Source of the DNA: Candidatus Saccharimonadota bacterium
GTDB taxonomy: Bacteria > Pseudomonadota > Gammaproteobacteria > Enterobacterales > Enterobacteriaceae
Length of the DNA stretch: 32,000 nucleotides
Direction: 5' to 3'
Assembly (NCBI RefSeq): GCF_004296535.1
Contig: NZ_AP018159.1
Span: 60,001 to 92,000 of the forward strand
This document shows, piece after piece, positions 1-9,156 of this stretch. Both the position numbers and the translations under genes were made by a program. The notes under the pieces were generated by a model. It was given only the letters and a program-made list of their open reading frames with translations. It did no database searches and was not told the origin of the DNA. The number at the start of each line of letters is the position of its first letter. Positions within the stretch are counted from its first letter, which is position 1.

Positions 1-398
1 ATACTCATTAATATAAATGTTATTAAAATAGATAAAAAAGAATAACTTATTTCATAAGAAGTATAAATTAAAAATACAGTTGATAAATTTATTCCAGTTA
101 ATATAGAATACATAATAAATAATGTTATTATATTATTTTCACTTAATTCTTTTGTATAATTAGATAATACAAACATTATATATAATTGAATAAATGATAA
201 TATTATAAAAAATAATATATTATCATGTAAAAAATATAATAAATATGAAGATTTTGAAACATAAAAAGATACTAATGATGTTATAAACAATCCAAAAGAC
301 ATCCAACAATAAACTTTTAATATAAATTTATGAATTAATTCAGAACAATATACATCATAACTATTAGAATTAGAATCTTTATAAATATCATTAAACAT
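1..398 (-). CDS. BAX inhibitor-1 / YccA / YbhL-family inner-membrane protein, 5' part only (3' end runs off the left window edge)
   Basis: Not in the supplied ORF track because there is no stop inside the window. A reverse-strand ATG at 398-396 opens a stop-free frame to position 1: MFNDIYKDSNSNSYDVYCSELIHKFILKVYCWMSFGLFITSLVSFYV...TLFIMYSILTGINLSTVFLIYTSYEISYSF. The KVYxWMxxGL and MLYSxLTGxxLSxIFxxYT-type blocks match the N-terminal half of E. coli YbhL/YccA as I recall it. Confidence 0.65.
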   Translation of the reverse strand, partial: MFNDIYKDSNSNSYDVYCSELIHKFILKVYCWMSFGLFITSLVSFYVSKSSYLLYFLHDNILFFIILSFIQLYIMFVLSNYTKELSENNIITLFIMYSILTGINLSTVFLIYTSYEISYSFLSILITFILMS

Positions 399-491
399 TT
401 ATTTTTTTAAATTTAAATTTAATAAAAAAAATTATTACATATAAAATTATATTATATATTAATTATATATTATTTTAAAAATAAAATAATA

Positions 492-1574
492 TTAAAAATT
501 TATTTCAAAATCTTCAATAGATGAATTTATAGATAATATAATTCCAATTTTAATAAAATTAGATAAAAGAGAAGATCCTCCATAACTTATTAAAGGTAAT
601 GGAATTCCAACTACTGGCAATATACCTATAGTCATACTTATATTTATAATAATATTTAAAAAAAATGTAAATATAAATGATGATATTAATATTTTAGAAA
701 AAATGTCATTAGTTTTATAAGATATACATATCATTCTATATATAATTATTAAATATAATGTAATTAATAACATTATTCCTAATAATCCAAATTCTTCTCC
801 TATTACAGAAAATATAAAATCAGTATTATTTTCTGGAACAAATTTAAATTTATTTTGTGTGCCTTTAAATAAACCTTTTCCAAAAAATCCTCCTGAACCT
901 ATAGCTATTTTAGATTGCATTATATGATATCCTGTACTATAATTATCTATATTTTTAAATAAAGATATTATTCTATTTTTTTGATAATTTTTCATAAATA
1001 ATTTCCAACTTAAAATAGATAATATTGTAAAAAATAATAATATTTTTTTTATAAATTCAAAATTTATGCCAGATATAAATAAAATAAATAAACCAGATAT
1101 TAATAAAATAATAGAAGTTCCTAAATCTGGTTGTATAAATATAAAAAATACAGGTAATAATAATATAAAAAGATAATAAAATAATGATATATTTGAATTA
1201 GGGCATCCAAATTTTTTAATAAAATAACTACAAATTAAATTATTAGATATTTTAATAAATTCTGATGGTTGAAATATAAAATATCCTATTTTTATCCATC
1301 TTTTTGCACCTTTAATATTTTTTCCATATATATGAACAATAACTAAAAATAATATAGAAATTAAATATATTAATATAGAATAATTTTCTAATTTTCTTTT
1401 ATCAATTTTAGATATAAGAATCATTACCAAATTGCTTATAATTATATTAAAAATAAGTTTTTTTAATATATTTATATCTTTATTACTAGAACTAAATAAA
1501 ATTATCATACTAAACATTAATATAAAATATATTAATAATATTAATATATAATCAATAGTTATTTTTTTATTCAT
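492..1574 (-). CDS. mrdB: peptidoglycan glycosyltransferase RodA (SEDS family, elongasome)
   Basis: 360-aa multi-pass membrane ORF with FtsW/RodA/SpoVE-type blocks (TDFIFSVIGEEFGLLG; LPVVGIPLPLISYGGSS). The ATG lies 2 nt after the mrdA stop, as in the E. coli mrdAB operon. Confidence 0.9.
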   Translation of the reverse strand: MNKKITIDYILILLIYFILMFSMIILFSSSNKDINILKKLIFNIIISNLVMILISKIDKRKLENYSILIYLISILFLVIVHIYGKNIKGAKRWIKIGYFIFQPSEFIKISNNLICSYFIKKFGCPNSNISLFYYLFILLLPVFFIFIQPDLGTSIILLISGLFILFISGINFEFIKKILLFFTILSILSWKLFMKNYQKNRIISLFKNIDNYSTGYHIMQSKIAIGSGGFFGKGLFKGTQNKFKFVPENNTDFIFSVIGEEFGLLGIMLLITLYLIIIYRMICISYKTNDIFSKILISSFIFTFFLNIIINISMTIGILPVVGIPLPLISYGGSSLLSNFIKIGIILSINSSIEDFEINF

Positions 1575-1576
1575 GT

Positions 1577-3427
1577 TTATTTATCTGTCTTTAAAATTAA
1601 ATAATCAAATATTTTTCTAGTTATATATCCTATATTATAATTTTCTAATCCTCCATTTTCTAAAATTATTGTTAATATAAATTTAGGATTGTCAAATGGA
1701 GCAAAAGCAACTATCATTTTATGATCTCTTAAATCAATAGGCAATTTTTTTTCATCATAAATTTTATTATTTTGTAATGAAAATAATTGAGCCGTCCCTG
1801 TCTTTGATCCAATTTTATATTTAGAATTTAAAAAAGAATTTTTAAGAGTTCCATTTTTCCCATGAGCAACATTATACATACTATTTTTTACTAAATTAAA
1901 ATATTTTATATTTATTTTATATTTAATGTATTTATTTTTAATATTATTATTTATATTAATAATATTATCAATATTATAATCATATATATAATCTAAAATA
2001 ACAGGTTTTTTTATTAATCCATTATTTAATAATATAATTAGCGACTTTAACATTTGTATTGGAGTAGAATACCAATATCCTTGTCCTATTCCAACAGATA
2101 TTGTATCACCATCTAACCATTTATTTTTAAAAACTTTTTTTTTCCAATATTCATTTGGTAAATTTCCGTTATTTTCTTCTATATCTATTCCAGTTTTTTT
2201 GTTATATTCAAAATTGGACATAAAATCATATATATTATCTATTCCGCATATATATGCTAAATTATAAAAATATATATCTGATGACTCTTCTATTGCATTA
2301 TATAAATTTATCCATCCTCTTCCATTTTTATTCCAATCATTATATACTTTATAAAATTTAGGCATAGTCCAAGTACTATCATCAAATATTAAATCATTTT
2401 CTCTAATTATTTTTTTGTTTAAAGAACTTATTAAAATATATGGTTTTACAGTAGATGCGGGAGGATATATTCCCTGAGTTGCTCTATTTAACATAGGACA
2501 TGAATTATTATTTAAAATATTTTTATATTCTTCATTCGTAATTTTTTTAGAAAATTTATTTAAATCAAAATCTGGATTAGATACTAATGATAAAATTTTT
2601 CCATTAATATCTGATATTATAACTGCAGATTTACTTTTTTTAATTAAATTTCTAACATATATACTTAAATTTATATCTAATGAAGTATAAACATCATTAC
2701 CATATAATGGTAATGATGTTTTTCTTAATCCTAATATTTTTCCTAAATTATTAATTTTTATTTCTTTAAATCCATTTTTTCCCTTCAAATATTTTTCATA
2801 TTTTTTTTCTATTCCAATTTTACCTATATAATCATCTACATTATATATTTTTTTTTTATGATTATATTTATTCAATTCTTTGTTATTTATTCTAGATATA
2901 TAACCTATAGAATGTGAACATATATTTTTAAATGGATAATGTCTAATATATTTTTTTTTAATTTTTATATTTGGAAATAAATATTTATTAACTAAAAAAT
3001 TTTTTATATCTATTAAAGAAAAATCTTTACTTAGAATTATTAATTTTTTTTTACAATCTTCATTTTTTAATAAATTTATTTCATTTATATCATCTTTTGA
3101 AAGATTTATTAATTTACTAATATTTATAATATCATTTTTTAAATTATTATTTTTATATATTACCAATTTAAAAACTGTTATATTTTTTGCTAAAATTATA
3201 TTATTTTTATCAAATATAAAACCTCTTTTTGTATTTAATAATATTTTTTTTGTGCAATTATTATAAGATCTACTATAATATTTATTAAAATTTATTACTT
3301 GTATATAAAATAACCTTATTATTATAATTAATATTGAAATAATTGATAAAAATACAAAAATAATTATTCTTTTATTAAATACAGATAAGTTACATTTTTT
3401 ATAATTTTTATTATAAAATATCATCAA
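1577..3427 (-). CDS. mrdA: penicillin-binding protein 2 (elongasome D,D-transpeptidase)
   Basis: 616 aa with an N-terminal membrane anchor. Transpeptidase motifs SxxK (PASTVKPY), SxD (ESSDIYF) and KTG (GSKTGTAQ) are all present. Synteny with mrdB. Confidence 0.9.
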   Translation of the reverse strand: MMIFYNKNYKKCNLSVFNKRIIIFVFLSIISILIIIIRLFYIQVINFNKYYSRSYNNCTKKILLNTKRGFIFDKNNIILAKNITVFKLVIYKNNNLKNDIINISKLINLSKDDINEINLLKNEDCKKKLIILSKDFSLIDIKNFLVNKYLFPNIKIKKKYIRHYPFKNICSHSIGYISRINNKELNKYNHKKKIYNVDDYIGKIGIEKKYEKYLKGKNGFKEIKINNLGKILGLRKTSLPLYGNDVYTSLDINLSIYVRNLIKKSKSAVIISDINGKILSLVSNPDFDLNKFSKKITNEEYKNILNNNSCPMLNRATQGIYPPASTVKPYILISSLNKKIIRENDLIFDDSTWTMPKFYKVYNDWNKNGRGWINLYNAIEESSDIYFYNLAYICGIDNIYDFMSNFEYNKKTGIDIEENNGNLPNEYWKKKVFKNKWLDGDTISVGIGQGYWYSTPIQMLKSLIILLNNGLIKKPVILDYIYDYNIDNIININNNIKNKYIKYKINIKYFNLVKNSMYNVAHGKNGTLKNSFLNSKYKIGSKTGTAQLFSLQNNKIYDEKKLPIDLRDHKMIVAFAPFDNPKFILTIILENGGLENYNIGYITRKIFDYLILKTDK

Positions 3428-3779
3428 TTTTAATATAATTTCTTTTATAAATGTTATCTAAATTATATATATTTCTAGTATTTTTTTGCATTACATTCAA
3501 TATAATATCGTTTAAATCTATTAATATCCATTTAAAATTTATATCAAATTCTAATTTTTTATTAATATTATATTTAAAATTCTTATATATTTCTTTATAT
3601 ATAAATTTAGAATGATTTTCAGAATTTGTTGTACATATCAAAATATAATCAATAATAATAAATTTATTATAAACGTGAAACAAAGATATATCTTTTACTT
3701 CAAGTTTTTTTATAAATTTTATTATATTTCTAATATTTAAAACCATATATATTTTTAAAAAAGTTATTTTTTTAAACAT
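3411..3779 (-). CDS. rsfS: ribosomal silencing factor RsfS
   Basis: DYILICTTNSENH and WILIDLNDIILNVMQKNTRNIYNLDNIY parallel E. coli RsfS DCMIICTGTSSRH and [28 protein letters not shown]. The ATG at 3779 overlaps holA by 16 nt. An in-frame ATG at 3746 (Met12) fits the E. coli N-terminus better and removes the overlap. Confidence 0.8.
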   Translation of the reverse strand: MFKKITFLKIYMVLNIRNIIKFIKKLEVKDISLFHVYNKFIIIDYILICTTNSENHSKFIYKEIYKNFKYNINKKLEFDINFKWILIDLNDIILNVMQKNTRNIYNLDNIYKRNYIKIDDIL

Positions 3780-4723
3780 AAAACATATGACAATTTTTCT
3801 AAACTATTCCATATAATTTCATTTTCAAAATTGTTATTCATAATTCTATTATATTCTATATTTTTTATAATAATTAAAATATTTAATAAATTATTATAAT
3901 TTATATTTTTTAAAAAAAAAATAATATCATTTTTATCAAATTTGTTATTTATATTATTTATGTAATATATATTTTTATTTATACCTAATTTAATATATAT
4001 TATTGATTCTAAAAAATTACTTATAATAATTAAAAATTCATATGATTTACTATAAAAATTTTTTTTAATAATTAATAAACTTATTATAAACAATTTATAA
4101 TTAAAAATTATTAAAGAATATATATAACAAAAATTATAAATATCTATTATTATTAGATCATTTTTAAGTATATTTTTTATAATATTTTTCTTTTTTATAA
4201 ATATATTTATTAATATAATAATAATATTTATATTATTATTATATAAATAATATAACCATTTTAATATATTTAAATTCAAATATTTATTTTTATTATCTTT
4301 TAAAGATATATAATTATATTTTATTAAAAAATTTGTAAATGTTTTATAATTATTTATTATATAATTTTTTATTATAAAAAGTTTATTTTTTTTTAAAAAA
4401 AGTAAATTTTTAATAAAAAAAATACATATTATCAATAATATACAATTTTTATATTCTTTAATATATTTTAATAAAAATAAAAATATTTCTTTTTTGTCAA
4501 TTGTAATTATATATATTTTTTTTATATCAAAAATATTATTAGATCTTATATTTAAATATAAATCATTACAATCTTCAATATCATTTAAAATAAATTTATT
4601 TATTATTTTTTTTTTTATACTTAAAATTTTTATTATATTAGATTTTAATACATTTATTATATATAAATCCTTACAAAAAAATATATAATTTTTATATTTT
4701 AAATTTAAAATTATATCCTTCAT
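3764..4723 (-). CDS. holA: DNA polymerase III subunit delta
   Basis: 319 aa, extremely diverged and N/I/K-rich. The C-terminus EIIWNSLEKLSYVLCLKK parallels the E. coli HolA C-terminus QSVWAELEGLSLLLCHK. Its position between leuS and rsfS matches the E. coli order. Confidence 0.7.
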   Translation of the reverse strand: MKDIILNLKYKNYIFFCKDLYIINVLKSNIIKILSIKKKIINKFILNDIEDCNDLYLNIRSNNIFDIKKIYIITIDKKEIFLFLLKYIKEYKNCILLIICIFFIKNLLFLKKNKLFIIKNYIINNYKTFTNFLIKYNYISLKDNKNKYLNLNILKWLYYLYNNNINIIIILINIFIKKKNIIKNILKNDLIIIDIYNFCYIYSLIIFNYKLFIISLLIIKKNFYSKSYEFLIIISNFLESIIYIKLGINKNIYYINNINNKFDKNDIIFFLKNINYNNLLNILIIIKNIEYNRIMNNNFENEIIWNSLEKLSYVLCLKK

Positions 4724-4743
4724 ATTTTTTTTTAAATAAATAT

Positions 4744-7209
4744 TTAAAAAAGTAAAAAATTAATTATTTTTTTTTCATTATTTATATATGTATTTTTTAT
4801 TTTTTTATCTTTTATAAATAATTTAAAATTATTTAATTTATTTATAATCTTTATTATTTTTTTATTATTTATATATTTTTTAAAATGAATTTTAAATTTA
4901 TACTTATTATTTATGTATATTAAATATGTATTCTCTTTTTCTATATATGAATAATTATTATAATCTGGCCATTTTTCAAAATCTATATTAGACATTCCTA
5001 ATTTATTCCATAATATAAATGATATATGTGGAGCAAATGGATATAATAATTTTATTAAAGTTTTTATAAAATTATTTATAATATCATAATTATAATTATA
5101 TTTATCATTTATAATAATATTATAAATTATATTAGTAAGTTTTATAATATTAGAAATAGATGTATTAAGAGTTTGTTTTTTTTCTATATCAAAAGTTATA
5201 TTTTTTATTTTATTAAAAAATTCTTTATTTAAATATAAATAATTTTTTTTTTTATTTAAATTTATTTTTTTATTATTTAAATGAATTAAAACTAATGACC
5301 ATAATTTATTTAAAAATTTATAAATACCTATAATATTATTTTCTTTCCAAATTATATTTTTATTAACAGGAGCTAAAGATATTATAAAAACTCTTAAAGT
5401 GTCTGCTCCATATTTTTCTATTATTTCAGAAGGATTTATTCCATTATTTTTTGATTTAGACATTTTACATAATCCATTATAAAATATTTCATTATTATTT
5501 TTATCAAAATATTTAATATTATTATTTTCAATTTTTTTTTTTATTTCATAAAAAGGGACCCAAATTATATTATTTTTTTTATTTATATAATAATAAGATT
5601 CAGATAAAACCATTCCTTGACAAAGTAATTTAATTGCTGGTTCATCATATTTTATAAAATTTAGGTCTCTTAATAATTTATTATAAAATCTAAAATATAA
5701 TAGATGAGAAGTAGCATGTTCTATACCTCCTATATATTGATCTATTGGAAGCCAATAATCAACATTTTCTTTATTTACTAAATATTTACTTTTATTACAT
5801 GTAAATCGTATATAATACCAAGAAGATTGTATAAAAGTGTCTAATGTATCATTTTCTAAATAAAATATATTATTATTTATATAAATTTTTTCTTTATCAT
5901 TTGAATAATAATTTTTAACTTTAATTGGTAAATAAATATCAGGAATTTCTACTATTTTATCATTTTTTGTTGCCATGGGTATTGGAACACCCCAATTTCT
6001 TTGTCTAGATATACACCAATCTTTTAAATTATATGTATATGTTTTTTTAAAATTAAAATTTATTTTTAAAATATTATCATCTCTCATTATATTATTTGAT
6101 ATAGAATATGTATTATATAATATATCTTCATATAATATTTTTTCATTTTTGTATTTTTTTTTATTTAAAAAAAATAAATAATTTTTTAAATTTATATCAA
6201 TAAGTTTATTATTGTAAATTTTATTTTTATATATATAAATCATATAATTAGAATCTATAATATTTATATTAATAAATCTGTTAATTAAATTATTTATAGC
6301 TAATATATTTGTTTTAATATATCCATATTTTTTTATATGTTCTATTACATTATTGTTATATAATTTAATATTTTTTTTATTCATTATAAATGACAATATA
6401 TATTTTGATAATTTATTTTTTAAAGATATAAAAATAAATTTTATATTTAAAAAATCATATATATTTTTGAAATTTATTATAATTTCTTTATTATTTAAAT
6501 TAATTAAATTAAATTTAATAACTATCCATTTATTTTTTCCTATCCACTTTTTCTGCATATTTTTTACTTCTTTTGGCCAAAATTTTAATTTATTTATATT
6601 ATTTAATAATTCATCTGAATAATTTGTTATTTTAATAAACCATTGTTTTATAAATTTTATAGATACATAATTATTACATCTCCAACATTTATTATTTATA
6701 ACTTGTTCATTAGCTAATACAGTTTTATCTTTATTACACCAATTTACAGAAGAATACTTTTTATAAATAATTTTTTTTTTATATAATTTTTTAAATAAAA
6801 ATTGTTCCCATTTATAATAATTTTCATTACATGTTATAATTTCTTTATCCCAATCAAAACTAAATCCTAATAATTTTAATTGTTTTCTCATATAATTTAT
6901 ATTATTAAAAGTCCATTTTTTAGGTGACAAATTATTTTCAATAGCAGCATTTTCAGCTGGTAAACCAAAAGAATCCCATCCAATTGGAAATAAAACATTT
7001 TTACCATTCATTCTATTAAATCTAGCAAAAATATCACCAATAGTATAACTTCTTATATGACCAATATGTAATTTTCCTGAAGGATATGGAAACATTGATA
7101 AACAATAATATTTTTTTAATGTTTTATCATTACTTACTTTAAAAGTATTAAATTTTTTCCAAAAATTTTGAACAAATTTTTCAATAATTTTATGATTATA
7201 TAATTTCAT
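4744..7209 (-). CDS. leuS: leucine--tRNA ligase
   Basis: 821 aa with HIGH (GKLHIGH), KMSKS (CKMSKS), the WCISRQRNWGVPIP block and a class Ia architecture including a CP1 insertion. Confidence 0.95.
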   Translation of the reverse strand: MKLYNHKIIEKFVQNFWKKFNTFKVSNDKTLKKYYCLSMFPYPSGKLHIGHIRSYTIGDIFARFNRMNGKNVLFPIGWDSFGLPAENAAIENNLSPKKWTFNNINYMRKQLKLLGFSFDWDKEIITCNENYYKWEQFLFKKLYKKKIIYKKYSSVNWCNKDKTVLANEQVINNKCWRCNNYVSIKFIKQWFIKITNYSDELLNNINKLKFWPKEVKNMQKKWIGKNKWIVIKFNLINLNNKEIIINFKNIYDFLNIKFIFISLKNKLSKYILSFIMNKKNIKLYNNNVIEHIKKYGYIKTNILAINNLINRFININIIDSNYMIYIYKNKIYNNKLIDINLKNYLFFLNKKKYKNEKILYEDILYNTYSISNNIMRDDNILKINFNFKKTYTYNLKDWCISRQRNWGVPIPMATKNDKIVEIPDIYLPIKVKNYYSNDKEKIYINNNIFYLENDTLDTFIQSSWYYIRFTCNKSKYLVNKENVDYWLPIDQYIGGIEHATSHLLYFRFYNKLLRDLNFIKYDEPAIKLLCQGMVLSESYYYINKKNNIIWVPFYEIKKKIENNNIKYFDKNNNEIFYNGLCKMSKSKNNGINPSEIIEKYGADTLRVFIISLAPVNKNIIWKENNIIGIYKFLNKLWSLVLIHLNNKKINLNKKKNYLYLNKEFFNKIKNITFDIEKKQTLNTSISNIIKLTNIIYNIIINDKYNYNYDIINNFIKTLIKLLYPFAPHISFILWNKLGMSNIDFEKWPDYNNYSYIEKENTYLIYINNKYKFKIHFKKYINNKKIIKIINKLNNFKLFIKDKKIKNTYINNEKKIINFLLF

Positions 7210-7237
7210 AAATATATTTTATTTTTTTTAGTAACTT

Positions 7238-7684
7238 TTATTTTTTTAATTTGAATTTTTTTAATATAAAAAGTTCTTTGTTTTTCATAATATAATTATC
7301 AATATTATTTTTATGAGTATATCCTAAAATATGTAAAAACCCATGAGTTATTATGTGAATCCAATATAAATATAATTTTATATTATATATTTTTGATTCT
7401 TCTTCTATTTTATCTTTAGACATTATAATATCGCAAAATAAAATCTTTTTTTTAAAATAATAAATTTTTGAATTAAAAGTCAATATATTTGTAGATCTGT
7501 TTATATTTTTATATATATTATTTAATTTAGTAATTTCTTTATTATTTGTTATATATAAACATATATTATATGTATTATTATTATTTATAATTAAATAATT
7601 TATTATATTAAATATATCTATCTTAGTTGGAAAATAATTATTTTTTCTTACTTTATTAAAAATTATATTTAATTTAACACTCAT
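7238..7684 (-). CDS. ybeY: rRNA maturation endoribonuclease YbeY
   Basis: 148 aa. The three-His zinc motif HGFLHILGYTH (E. coli HGSLHLLGYDH) lies near the C-terminus. Confidence 0.85.
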   Translation of the reverse strand: MSVKLNIIFNKVRKNNYFPTKIDIFNIINYLIINNNNTYNICLYITNNKEITKLNNIYKNINRSTNILTFNSKIYYFKKKILFCDIIMSKDKIEEESKIYNIKLYLYWIHIITHGFLHILGYTHKNNIDNYIMKNKELFILKKFKLKK

Positions 7685-7738
7685 ATTAATTATTATATAA
7701 TAATGTAATAATTATTTAAAAAAAAAATAAAACATAAT

Positions 7739-8896
7739 ATGTTAAAAATATTTGACACTTACAGTAAAAAGAAAAAAATATTCATTAATAATGATAATCT
7801 AATAAAAATATATGTATGTGGTATTACTCCATATTCTTATTGTCATATAGGACATATTAGAACTTTTTTAATATTTGATATTATAATAAGATATTTAAAA
7901 TACTTAAATTATAAGATAATTTATGTAAGAAATATTACAGATATAGATGATAAAATAATTAAAAAATCAATAGATAAAAAAATTAATGTAATAAAATTAA
8001 CAAAATATTTTATAAAAAAAAATAATATAATATTTAATAAATTTAATATAACTAAACCAAACTATGAACCAAAAGTTACAGATAATATAAAATATATTAT
8101 TGATAATATTAAAATTTTAATAAAAAATAAAAATGCTTTTATAGATAAAAATGGAGATGTAATTTTTAATACATCTTCATATAATTATTATGGAAAATTA
8201 TCAAATAGAAAAACAAATAATAATTTTGTATTATGGAAATTAAACAATAATAATAAAAATGAATTACTATGGAAATCTCCATGGGGTTATGGAAGACCTG
8301 GATGGCATATAGAATGTTCAGTTATAAGCAATAAAATATTAGGAGATCAAATAGATATTCATGGGGGAGGATATGATTTATTATTTCCTCATCATGAAAA
8401 CGAAATAGCACAATCTAATTGTTTATATAAAAATTTTAATATTAAATATTGGATTCATATTGGAACTGTTAATGTTAAAAATAATAAAATATCAAAATCA
8501 TTAAATAATTATATAGGAATAAATAAACTATTAAATAAATTTAATATAAATACAATAAGATATTATCTTACTAAAAAAAAATATGAAAAACCAATAAACT
8601 TTAATATTTCTAAAATAGAAAAATCAAATATAGAATTAGATAAAATAAATATTTTTTTTTCAAATAAATATTTAAATAAAACAGAGATTAATTTAAAAAA
8701 AAAAACAATAATAAAAAAAAAATATATATTTAATAAATTCATTGATTATATGAATGATGATTTTAATATCCCAAAAATATATGATTTATTATTTAATACA
8801 ATAAAAAATATAAAAAATAGAAATATTGAAAATAAATATTTATACAATATTTTAAAAGAAGTTAAATTAATAATGAAAATATTAGGATTTAAATAA
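7739..8896 (+). CDS. cysS: cysteine--tRNA ligase, C-terminally shortened
   Basis: 385 aa with an MLKIF N-terminus, VCGITPYSYCHIGH (Zn-Cys plus HIGH), PGWHIECS, HGGGYDLLFPHHENE and KISKS (the KMSKS equivalent). Confidence 0.95.
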   Translation: MLKIFDTYSKKKKIFINNDNLIKIYVCGITPYSYCHIGHIRTFLIFDIIIRYLKYLNYKIIYVRNITDIDDKIIKKSIDKKINVIKLTKYFIKKNNIIFNKFNITKPNYEPKVTDNIKYIIDNIKILIKNKNAFIDKNGDVIFNTSSYNYYGKLSNRKTNNNFVLWKLNNNNKNELLWKSPWGYGRPGWHIECSVISNKILGDQIDIHGGGYDLLFPHHENEIAQSNCLYKNFNIKYWIHIGTVNVKNNKISKSLNNYIGINKLLNKFNINTIRYYLTKKKYEKPINFNISKIEKSNIELDKINIFFSNKYLNKTEINLKKKTIIKKKYIFNKFIDYMNDDFNIPKIYDLLFNTIKNIKNRNIENKYLYNILKEVKLIMKILGFK

Positions 8897-8980
8897 TACC
8901 CAGGACGAGACTCGAACTCGTACAGCATAAAAGCTAAGGGATTTTAAGTCCCTTGTGTATACCAATTTCACCACCTGGGT
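8897..8980 (-). tRNA. leuZ: tRNA-Leu (anticodon UAA), type II with long variable arm; no encoded CCA
   Basis: Hand-folded from the reverse complement: acceptor acccagg/cctgggt, anticodon stem aggga/tccct, loop cttaaaa (UAA), 15-nt variable arm, T arm acgag-ttcgagt-ctcgt, discriminator A. It is the last gene of a Gly-Cys-Leu cluster, like E. coli glyW-cysT-leuZ. Confidence 0.9.
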
Positions 8981-8989
8981 TTTAAAAAA

Positions 8990-9061
8990 AAGCGCGTTCT
9001 GGAATCGAACCAGAATAAAATGGATTTGCAATCCACTACATAACCATTCTGTCAACGCGCT
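8990..9061 (-). tRNA. cysT: tRNA-Cys (anticodon GCA); no encoded CCA
   Basis: Acceptor agcgcgt/acgcgct, anticodon stem gtgga/tccat, loop ttgcaaa (GCA), T arm tctgg-ttcgatt-ccaga, discriminator U (the Cys identity element) and a 3-bp D stem. Confidence 0.9.
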
Positions 9062-9068
9062 AAATAAA

Positions 9069-9141
9069 AGCGGGAGACGAGATTCGAACTCGCGACTTTA
9101 ACCATGGCAAGGTTATACTCTACCAACTGAGTTACTCCCGC
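9069..9141 (-). tRNA. glyW: tRNA-Gly (anticodon GCC); no encoded CCA
   Basis: Acceptor gcgggag/ctcccgc, D arm actc-agttggta-gagt, anticodon stem taacc/ggtta, loop ttgccat (GCC), T arm gcgag-ttcgaat-ctcgt, discriminator U. Confidence 0.9.
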
Positions 9142-9156
9142 ATATAATTTTATATT

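Noticed and set aside
3764-3779. holA-rsfS 16-nt overlap as a regulatory coupling feature
   Set aside because: The overlap probably comes from choosing the longest ORF. The in-frame ATG at 3746 matches the E. coli RsfS N-terminus better and removes the overlap.
4494-4688. 64-aa plus-strand ORF antisense to holA (TTG start)
   Set aside because: It lies entirely inside a well-supported reverse-strand gene. The I/F/K/L low-complexity translation is typical of the antisense frame of AT-rich coding DNA, and there is no homology signal.
5975-6622. Two plus-strand ORFs (5975-6181, 6353-6622) antisense to leuS
   Set aside because: They are embedded in leuS and are low-complexity mirror-frame products. 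The first simply mirrors the conserved WGVPIP block.
8746-8928. 60-aa reverse ORF spanning the cysS 3' end and tRNA-Leu
   Set aside because: It overlaps a confirmed tRNA gene and the cysS coding end, so it is an artefact of open antisense frames.
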